This document shows positions 10,786-20,205 of a stretch of 39,204 nucleotides of DNA, one piece after another. Made by a program: the position numbers and the translations under genes. Positions within the stretch are counted from its first letter, which is position 1. Each line of letters begins with the position of its first letter. Below the pieces are notes generated by a model. That model saw only the letters and a program-made list of their open reading frames with translations, ran no database searches and was not told where the DNA came from. This stretch comes from Neoconidiobolus thromboides FSU 785 (lineage: Eukaryota > Fungi > Entomophthoromycota), in the NCBI GenBank assembly GCA_025603075.1, contig MU626435.1, forward strand, positions 1-39,204. The letters are read 5' to 3'.

Positions 10786-11465
10786 ATGCAATCCGTTTTA
10801 ATAAAATATTCATATTGACTATAGTTGTTGCTTTAAAAAATTATGAATACCTTTAGCAACTATCTTATACTTATCATAAACATTAAAATTTAAAAATCCA
10901 ATGGGGAGTTTATAAATTCATTACTCATTACTATAATTTTTAATAAATGTGTTGTGACCTATTGTATTTTGGGATTTTCCATAGCTATAACCTATTACAA
11001 TAACTAAAAATTAAGAATAATATTAACAAAATGTCAAAGTCTGTTTAGTTTTTAAACCAGCCATACAAATTAAACTTTTACGCAAGTTAAAGTAGCAAAG
11101 TTCATTTATAGTTTCAGCTGTGCCTTTAGATTTACATTACAAAATAAAGTAAGGTCATATAAAGCTTTGATATACAACTATAATATGAATTAATATAAAT
11201 ATAATGATTGATACAGTTTCGTAGCTTGATTTTTTTATCTTCAATGAAAAACATTTAATGTAAACTATTATAGTTAGCTATTTTTTCTATAAAATCAATC
11301 ATCTTTTATACAATAAAGCGTTCGGGAGCTTATATTAGATTTAAGAAAGCCATCAACTTTTCAATATAAAATCATTTGTGTTTATTTAAAATAAATTAAA
11401 GATACAAAAACAAACTATAAATATAAAACAATAGACTATTAACTTAAATAATAAATAGACATTAA

Positions 11466-11538
11466 AGCCCAACGCGGGGGTCGAACCCGCAACCTTGTGA
11501 TTAAGAGTCACACGCTCTGCCGATTGAGCTAGCCAGGC
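11466..11538 (-). tRNA. tRNA-Lys-CTT: tRNA-Lys(CTT), intronless, copy 2
   Basis: Identical to the copy at 7949-8021; ~60 nt of 5-prime flank is also similar. Confidence 0.97.
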
Positions 11539-11820
11539 TTTTATTGCTGTTATTTGGTTATGAGTTAAATAGTATATATTAATTTTTTGTCTCAACTTGG
11601 ACAATATGAATCTTTTTCAATCTTTATGATAGGAGTCAAAAATACTTAATTCATCAATGGTAATTCTTCTATAATAACATTGTCTCATAGTATGTTGTAT
11701 ATTTGGTTCTTTTTATTGTAATTATAAGGTGTTATTCTTGTACAGTTCTAAGCAAATAGAACATTTTTTATTCTATGCTCTAATAGTGATCAAAAAAACT
11801 TGGGCTACTTAACTAAAAAT

Positions 11821-11960
11821 TACTAGTGTGGATTTGATGAAATGAGCCAGTGTGAAGGCGGGGAAAATTTACTCAATTACTAATAATTGTTCGTTGTAAG
11901 TAGTGATTGGGCAAATTTTTTGCGCCTTCACTGACTTACTTCATCAAATCCACACTAGTA
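11821..11960. mobile_element. MITE family B (136 bp, 11823-11958), ~40-50 bp imperfect TIRs, TA target-site duplication, Tc1/mariner-type
   Basis: TA-CTAGTGTGGATTTGATGAAATGAGCCAGTG...CTGACTTACTTCATCAAATCCACACTAG-TA; the paralogous position near 9534 (TA-AATTC) lacks it. Confidence 0.92.
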
Positions 11961-12006
11961 AATTCCGAAAATATATTTAAATTAAACTCTAAAACAAATA
12001 AGCGTT

Positions 12007-12270
12007 TAAAATAAGGTTGACGGTAACAGTATTAATACCAATAAAAATAATAACCTTAATGGAGGTAATAGGTTTAGAATCCCAAGGCTTAGGACAGTTG
12101 ATTAAGCTTCTGATTACTGTTGCACTTTTAGTTGATGTTTACTTTGGAGTCTTTATATCTGTTTTTGGGTTACACATAATGTCACCCCGATAACCATAGC
12201 TGGTTTGATATGTAGCCTTAACAGATTAGAGAAAGATTACGATTTTATCAAATAATAATTCGATTTTTTT
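12007..12270 (-). pseudogene. Decayed paralog of the 138-aa Thr/Cys-repeat secreted protein (about two modules)
   Basis: Reads IFL*SVKATYQTSYGYRGDIMCNPKTDIKTPK*TSTKSATVIRSLINCPKP...; in-frame TAA at 12226-12228 and 12139-12141; ATG, TATA and the PYY end are lost. Confidence 0.85.
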
Positions 12271-12913
12271 ATTTTATCATACAGAAATAGACATCACTAT
12301 ACCCCATTCGATAGCCAGAAAAGGATTAGTTTTAAAATAAATATTTGATATAAATATACACCTTTAAAAAATTTATTTTTACAATTGAAAGAAACATCAA
12401 TGAAATACCTTATAGATATTTTATGCCATATAGCTATCATTTCGTTCAAATAATGTCACCATTGGTTTAATTACTAAAATTGCTTAAACTTATTTTCTAA
12501 CCAAATCTCTACTTTCTAGTTTTAACTTTTTAAAAAGCCGTCACATCCTCTTATGGCATTGATTATAATGGTTTCAATTTCTAATAAAATAAGATATAAG
12601 TGAATTTAAAATAAACTACTAAAACTTTGCTAAAAAGTGGTAATATTTTGTAAAAAAATAATGGCATCAGTGCTTTAAAAAATAAGGAAGGGTGATAGTA
12701 TTCTGGAAAGCTGCTTTAAGTGTATTGATAAAACCAATTATTTCACCTTGTCACTACTTCAAAATAAAACATAAAACTAGTCCTCGTTTCAAACAAAGGC
12801 TTAAGATCCATAATCATTTTTTTAGATAGTGACTTGGCGTTCAAAGTCTATATAAATTAGTAACTTGGAGGATTGAGGTTATAAAAAATTAAAATCGAAT
12901 CACCAAAATCAAA

Positions 12914-13081
12914 ATGAAGTGTTTAGCTATTGTTGTACTGTTTTTTGCCTCTGCTCTTTCGCAAGGCTATGATTCTGGAAATACCTGCAAAGATGTTACA
13001 AAGATTGTCACTAGTACTGCCACTGCTTATGTTACTAAAATTGTACAGGGAACTTGTGCTACTATTCCTCCTTATTATTAA
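12914..13081 (+). CDS. Secreted micro-protein, 55 aa: MKCLAIVVLFFASALSQGYDSGNTCKDVTKIVTSTATAYVTKIVQGTCATIPPYY
   Basis: Own translation; paralog of 10618-10785 with the same length, Cys spacing and PYY end; TATATAA at 12849-12855. Confidence 0.9.
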   Translation: MKCLAIVVLFFASALSQGYDSGNTCKDVTKIVTSTATAYVTKIVQGTCATIPPYY

Positions 13082-13955
13082 ATACGATTTGTTTCAATAA
13101 AATATTTATATTGATTATAGTTATTTTTTAAATATCAAAAAGAGTCATAGCTATTATTTCTATTATTTTAAAGTATTAAATTCTAAACACTAACGGAATG
13201 TATTGTAAGGCTATTGTTTATTATCAGAACTACCATTATCTTTTGATGCGTTGATACTCGTTGAAATCAAAAAAATTGGACTAGTATATTAGTAAAAAAC
13301 TGGGAAAAGATTAAACTCTCAATGTAAAGATACTTAAATTCCTTGTTTGTTTCTGAATTTTGATCTTCTGGGCTATGTAGAGTCTGAACAAAAATATATT
13401 TTTCTAAAGAGTCCTGATTCTTAATTTTATTCATTCTTCATTAAATGAAAAATAGTACAGACTAAAGAGTTTGAGTTCATCAAAGTTTGCTTAGGCCGAA
13501 GTCATAATAGCAGAAAAGCTCTATTCAGTTGATCCTCAAGCTATATTCTTTAGTCTGTTTGAATTTTTTTAATAAATCACTAGATAGTTTGGCTCTTACA
13601 ATAGACTAATCCATATATACATAAATATTATCATTAATAGACCAAAAAATTATCTTAAAATCCTTTGGTAATATTTAATTTAGCCTTAACAGTGATAAAA
13701 TTAAGTCCTAGCAAATTTTTATTTTTTCATAACAAGTATCAATTTATTAATCAATTCATAACTTTAAAAGGTTGAAACTCTGTTACTAAATTTAACTGAT
13801 AAAATGGCCAACGATTACTTTATAAAATAAAGTTATTAAAGTAGATATATTAAAAGGCATACTAAATAAAAAAATATCTGCATTGTTAAAACAAAAACTC
13901 TAAATCAAAAGCATACAATAAAAAAAGATTGACAACCACAAATTCAATTTTACTT

Positions 13956-15641
13956 CTACTTACTAGAGCTATTAATATTCCACAATTTAATCGTACAATC
14001 CGCCGATGCAGTAGCAATACAATTTAAACTTTCTTTAGGGTTAAAAGAGATATCGTAAATTCTACCTTTATGCCCATCTAGCCTTTGTAATAATTGAGCG
14101 TCATCCTAAAACAAAAGCATAAATAAAACAAACCAAAAACGAATATATATATATAGTAAATATTTGAAATAATTGCAGCCATTGTAAAAGCCCTGTCTCA
14201 TAACATTTAACAGATAAAAAAACTTACTTCTTCTGGCCCAATTAAGTAAACATAGGCATGTGGATCGGAAGAACCGGTAGCAAATAAATGCCATTGATTT
14301 TTGTCATTATTACTACTATCATTTAACAACTTTTTATTAACTGCTAGCATCGAGCATCTTATTGGCCAATTTAAATTTTTATACCCTTGTAAAGAATGGG
14401 TCATGGTTAGCCTATTGTTATTATTTATTATTGTGTTATTAATTTCATTTGCTATACTATCATTAATAGTGTCATTGATACTGCTGCTGTTATTACTGAT
14501 CTTATAAATTCGATTGATATTATCATATGAATTAACTCCTAATGTTGTTGAATTCGTAGAATTAATAGGTTGACATAAATATGAAATTGGTTTGTTTGTT
14601 GGATCGTTTATTATGATATCCAATGGACTAGCTTTACCATCTTTATTATTTAAATACCTTAAATCCCATGTTTTTATAAGTCCTTTAGAATCTCCTGTAA
14701 ATATTATATTTCCTTTATTATCTGGTATATGTCTAATAAAATATATTACATTATTATATTAAACAAACTATACAACTTACAATGTATTTATCATTGAATC
14801 ATTTTCCGCTTCCATGATACTTTTATCATTATAGCTATTACTATCAATAATAGTTAAATATTTTCTACTTGTACCTGTAGCTATTAAATTTGAATTTTCT
14901 CCCCCATACTGAATACATTGAGGAAATCCTTTAGTTTTGACTGAAGATAATAACTTGTTACTATTAATATCAAAATAACGAATAGTGGAATCAAATGATG
15001 CAGAAACTAAAGTAGCATTTGTTCTGCTAGTAGTTATATCAGATACATTTAACCCATGTTGATTAAAACTTTGTATTTCTTTTTTTTTATCTAAATCCCA
15101 TAATTTGACCGTTTTATCAAAAGAACCTGATAAGACATAATTCCCATCCCAACTGTACTTTATTACATAAATAGCACCCTTATGTCCAGTTAATTCATGT
15201 TCTATATTAAATAATTTCCGTTTCTGTTGATTCTTATTTTTTGATGTTTCTCTCTTAGTTGCGGCTAAGATTTTATGAATTTATTATTTAAAGAGAAAAA
15301 TAGTAAAATAAAAGCTTACTGTAAAATTCCATCTTATTATACTTTTGATTTAATTTATTATCTCCACTATTATTGCTACTCCTATTATTATCTATAACAC
15401 CATCATTTAAAGCACTATTGCTACTATTATTACTATCATTTGTATCACTTTTTTTACTACTAAAGTCAAGAAATGGATCTACTTTTTTATTGTTATATAA
15501 TGTCACTTGATTTGTTAGATCAAATATTGATTTCTTTAAATTTCTATTTTCAACTTCTAAATTATCAATTTTATTCCTTAATTGTTTAATTTCTTTCATT
15601 AATTTTTCTAATTGTATCTTTTCATGTTCCTTTTCTTTCAT
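13956..15641 (-). CDS. WD40-repeat protein with N-terminal coiled coil, 486 aa, 4 exons (15641-15320, 15264-14781, 14732-14228, 14105-13956)
   Basis: GH...WD repeats (LTGHKGAIY...VKLWD, LIKTWD, LDGHKGRIY...IKLWN); GT-AG introns; spliced length 1461 nt. Confidence 0.9.
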
Positions 15642-15934
15642 TCTTTTATTTTACTTTTTTATAGTCTCTTTTGCTTAAAGAAATAAGTTATTATAGGATT
15701 GCTATTTTCATTAAATTGTTAGTTTGTTTTAAATCTAAATTTGGAACTTAAGTTTTTGGATGGTTTGTAATTTTAAATTTTAAAATGGTTAAAATTTATT
15801 CTCATGAGTCATTTTATTGAACTGAGATTAGTTATCTGAATTTAAACAATTAAACTGGGCATGATTTTTTAATGAAATCTCCAGTTAATTTTAGCTACAA
15901 ATGAAAATTTATAATTACCCAAAAAAAGGGAGAA

Positions 15935-16800
15935 ATGATATTATTTTGTATTTTACTACACTTAAAGAAAAGTTAAACTTCAATTTTTGGGAAATCTCTA
16001 ATCCAGAACTTTTCTTAAATAATTGAATCTAATGATTGAAAAGCTAAAAGACAAGCTAAAATTCACAATATCATTAATAATGCTATTTATATTGATATTA
16101 GTGGAAACATCATTAATAAAAATAGTAATTATAGTGTTTGTAAGATGAGGCTGCATTGCTATTTCAAAGATTACTTAAAAGAAATTAGCCTATAACTAAG
16201 CTTTGAAAAAGTAAAAGACTTAAAGTATAAAATAAAAAAACAGAGTGATAATGGAAAGTTAAGAATTCTAATAAAAATTACCAGCTATATAGTAAGAATT
16301 AAACGAATTTTGTTCTATCGAAAGCGAATACTAATGATAATATTAATAAAAATAAATCATTAGCTGTATTAGATTTAAATATGTCATCGTTATAAGCGGT
16401 TTTTATCTTTTATATTATATTATTTTGTAATACTATGATAATAAAGTATTATACTAATTATGTTATTTAAAAGTACTACTTTCAAATAAAAGATTCTCAT
16501 TAGGTAACCACAATTAACTCCTTTGTTAAGATTTTACTTATAACATTATAACATTATTGTATAAACTTTTATTAAGCAATTTTTTTATTGCATATGGGGA
16601 TATTTTTTTTATCGGCTTTCATTTTTCCATTTTTAAAACTTATATTTTAAATGATTGTTTATATTTAAACTTATTACTCAGCCAAAGTACTAAATTATCC
16701 CTTATTTATTTAGATATTTACTTGCTAAAATTCATTATTATTTTATATTATTGTAATTTAAATTTGATTGATTTTTAGTTTTATAGCTCAATTACTTTAA
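15935..16800 (+). pseudogene. Truncated, decayed NIF/FCP1-like HAD phosphatase pseudogene, copy 1
   Basis: Fragments KAKRQAKIHNIINN, YQLYSKN*TNFVL and NINKNKSLAVLDLN align with copy 2. Homology breaks at the MITE fragment (16593) and resumes with the 3-prime flank of copy 2. Confidence 0.65.
16593..16640 (-). mobile_element. MITE family A, copy 7 (half element)
   Basis: TATGGGGATATTTTTTTT...TTTTTCCATTTTTAA; only one end is present. Confidence 0.75.
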
Positions 16801-17037
16801 TGTTTTATAAAAATAAGATTGATTATAATATTCAAAATTAAAGTTTCAAATGACAGTTTCTAAGTTTTAATCAAAGTTAAAACCATCAACAGTAATAAAG
16901 GGATTTAAACAAAAACATATAATTAATTTAAACAAAATTTTAAGCATGATCTTATTTAAATATTTGATTTTAGTTAATGAATAAAGTTTATTCAAAAAAA
17001 TGTATTTTGTAAGATTTTAAAGTGTAAGGGTGAAAAT

Positions 17038-18265
17038 ATGTCATTTTTGAATTTTTAGAACTACACTTAATTTTAATTTCAATTTCAGTGAATACTTTTT
17101 CCAGCTTTTTTCAATCTCTTTTAATCACTATTAAGAAATAATAAAATAAGCGATATATTTGACTTTCAATATTTAATTAAAAGATGTGACAAAAAGGCAA
17201 AAAGATCCAAACTTTTTACTAATTTGATTAATAGTTCCAGTCTTATTAATGTTAATGGTAATAACGTTAATAGTAACAATGGCATTGATAGTATAATTAG
17301 TATTATGGTTCTAATGCTATTCAAAGAAACAATGTCACTTTTAATCAAGATTTCAAAAAATTGAAAGGTTGTAGACTTAATAAGACAGTAATAATAATAA
17401 TAGTAGTAATAATAACAATAATAATAATAATAAAGATTTAAGTGACAAAATTAATCAAAAACACCTTAAAGTCTATCAGTCATATAATAAGAACCAAGCA
17501 AGTTATGTTGTATTGAATGAGAATAGAGATATCAATAATAATATTAATAAAGATAAATTATTAACCTTATTGGATTTAAGTGGATTGTTAGTGTAAGTCT
17601 TTTATTTTTATTGATTTTAGAACTGCATAGCTTTATTTATAGCTATTAGGAGCTATAGGCTTAAAAAGGGAGTTATCATAGGGTGGCCATGGTCAAGTCA
17701 ATTATTAAAATTTTGTTTACAACATTATAATGTTATTATATGGGGGTTGTATGAAACAATAGTTAATGCTCGGAGTTTTAGCGAAAGTTTTACTCGATTT
17801 TAATCAACAGTCTATACCACTTATAATAAAAAATTGATTGAAGTAGATCCCTCCTTTAATATTACTATTTAGGACTTTAATTATGTCAAAAGCAATCTAA
17901 ACCTTGAGTTTAATGATAATGTATTTTATGATAAAGATATAGCGGTTATTAATGAATCTATTATTCAATCGAAGTTGCAATGGGATAGTCAAGTTTCATT
18001 TAGAGTTTATAATTCTAATGAAGATAAGGGGATATGTTTTTTTGTTTAAGAATTTTATTACAATCTTTCCACTCAAATAGCGCTTAAAAATGGAAAAATA
18101 AGGAAACTAAAAAAACAGCTCCATAATGGATTGAATCATTTAATGTGTTATTTGGATTTTATTAACAAAGAGTATTTTAAAAACGATAATTTGTTCAATG
18201 CTAAACATATTGCTAAGGCTGCTTCTTTTTGTTATTTCAAGAATTACACCTTAAATCATTCCTGA
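17038..18265 (+). pseudogene. NIF/FCP1-like HAD phosphatase pseudogene, copy 2
   Basis: LLTLLDLSGLLV (motif-I-like), WPWSSQLLKFCLQHYNVIIWG (RPxLxEFLxxxFxVxVW-like) and EDNGLNHLMCYLDF. Frameshifts near 17300 and 17385, in-frame TAA 17801-17803, TAG 17870-17872, MITE insertion at 18028. Confidence 0.75.
18025..18125 (+). mobile_element. MITE family A, copy 8, inserted in pseudogene coding sequence
   Basis: ATAA-GGGGATATG...CAGCTCC-ATAA; removing the element and one duplicate restores GAA GAT AAT GGA. Confidence 0.9.
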
Positions 18266-18901
18266 TATATTAAGTTATTTCTTTAGTAAATGTACTAGAA
18301 TGATCCCTATTTTATTATTGTTATAAGTAAATTTTTGCTAATTAATATTATTGATGTTATTATTTATTTTGTATTATGATGAGTTCTACTTTATTTAAAT
18401 ATTTCAATGAAGTTTGGGGTTATTTTATTAAGGTAAGTTAAAGAAAATCATCTTTATGGAAGTACATAGAGAAAAGTACAAGTCTTTAAATAAGGATAGG
18501 GATAAAATCGGAAAGAAGAAGGAGGGTGTTCAAATGAATACAAAAGAAAAGTGAAAGTGAAAATGGAAGGTGTTGATCCTGAATTGTTTTTTATAAATAA
18601 ATAGAAACAAATTCAATTAAGATAAAATGCTTATAGTTTATGAAAATGTAGATATTACAATTAAAGTTGAGTTGAATAAGATATTGATAAAGATAACTGT
18701 AATTGACGTTAAAATAGAAGCAAATGATATAAAGAAGGACAAGTAAGATAACTTTTTAAGTTCAATTATAAATCTTTTAAATTAAAATAATAGTCAAGCT
18801 AATTGATATAGGAAACAAGCTATTGAATAAAATATTTTATTATTTAAAAAGTTTGATATAGAAAATAAATAAATTTATTATTAATCCCCCCTATTTTTGA
18901 A

Positions 18902-20067
18902 TCAAAAAGGATAATCTTCTTCAAGAGCAACTAACGGATGAGCTTCGTTATGTTCTTTATTATTATTTTGTAATTTATTATCTTCATCATTATCTTCTTC
19001 TAATAAAAAATCATCTAAATCTTCCGAACTTAATTGTAATAGGCTAGTTTCGTTACTCGTTTCTAAAATAATAATAATTATTATCATTATTTATTATATT
19101 TTATTTTGTTTTACCTGTCTTTTTATCTTCCATTTTATTAATCAATGGATATAAATTTCCTTGTTCCATACGTAATTGATATTCTTTTAACATTTGTTGA
19201 CTAAATAAATCAATTTGTTCTTGATGTTTTTTTCTGTTATAATATAAAAGATTAAAACAATTTCTATTATTATTATTATTATTATTATTATTGAAAACTT
19301 ACTTTAATTCTACTTTAACTTTTTCAAATTCAAAATACTCCGCTTCTTTCCATTGTATTAAATTTAATTCACTTTCTTCTAAGGATAATTTATCCATCAC
19401 CCCTTGGATTAAGCTAAATTGAGTTTTGATTTTTTCTATTGAAATATTTAAATATACTAATCAGACTAAACTAAAGTATTTCAATCTTAATTACCAATCT
19501 TTTCATTAATAATCTTCAATTCCTTATTTACTTCAGGTAAATATGATAAATTAGTATTTAATTCTTGTAATTTTATTTTTTGACGATATTGATTTTGGTG
19601 TATATTAATTATTAATTCGTTAATTTGCTATTAAAAATCATTATTACTATTATTTATAATGTATTAAAAAGAATTAGATATTACATTACATCTTGCATTA
19701 TTTGTTATTGCTGCTTCCTGTATTTCACTCCAATTTATTTCAAATCTGTTTTATTATAAATTAGGATTTAATTCACATTATATTGTTTAAAATCCTTTTG
19801 TTTACCTCTTTTTTATTTGACTATTTTCTAATTTCTCATTCCATTTGTTATACTTATCTCCTTTTCCATTGACTTCACTTTATAATAAATCCAAAATTTT
19901 CAATTTCAATTCATAACAATTGCAATTAATAAACTTACTTTTCTTGTGTGTTATTAAATCTAAAATATTATCAATAAAGATCTATTTCATATTGATAATT
20001 AAGTTATTTAAACTTACTTAAAATTTAATAATGAACTTAATTTGGAATTATTTAAACTATCAAACAT
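18902..20067 (-). CDS. DTNBP1: Dysbindin-like protein (BLOC-1 subunit), 249 aa, 8 exons (20067-20018, 19959-19939, 19877-19806, 19745-19685, 19627-19495, 19435-19303, 19233-19115, 19062-18902)
   Basis: Coiled coil with RFEINW, LQELNTNLSYLP and acidic-tail SEDLDDFL, matching recalled human dysbindin motifs RYEDTW, LVELQEQLQQLP and QEALDVFL; seven GT-AG introns; 750 nt. Confidence 0.7.
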
Positions 20068-20205
20068 TCCAATTTATAAATAAAATAAAAAGATAAATCA
20101 TTCAAATTGAATTTCTCAAATCTAAAACTAAACTTTGAAAGTTTCAAAAAAAATGTTTCAAAAAGTTATTTTATTCAATATCTCAATAATAATAATAATT
20201 TTTAT

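Larger units (their letters stand above)
9351..13190. repeat. Diverged direct segmental duplication: ~9351-10890 vs ~11641-13190 (each unit is also preceded by a tRNA-Lys copy)
   Basis: Alignable blocks: AATACTTAATTC...TAATAGTGATCAAAAAACTTG(A/G)GCTACT, the paired genes, the shared promoter motif AAACAAAGGCTTA(G/A)GATCC(G/A)TAAT and the 3-prime flanks. Boundaries are approximate. Confidence 0.85.

Noticed and set aside
11386-11604. 72-aa minus-strand ORF
   Set aside because: It overlaps tRNA-Lys copy 2 on the same strand and is a by-product of the tRNA sequence.
18376-18750. Possible further decayed gene (MMSSTLFKYFNEVWGYFIK followed by GTAAGT and purine-rich open stretches)
   Set aside because: No recognisable family and no consistent spliced frame.
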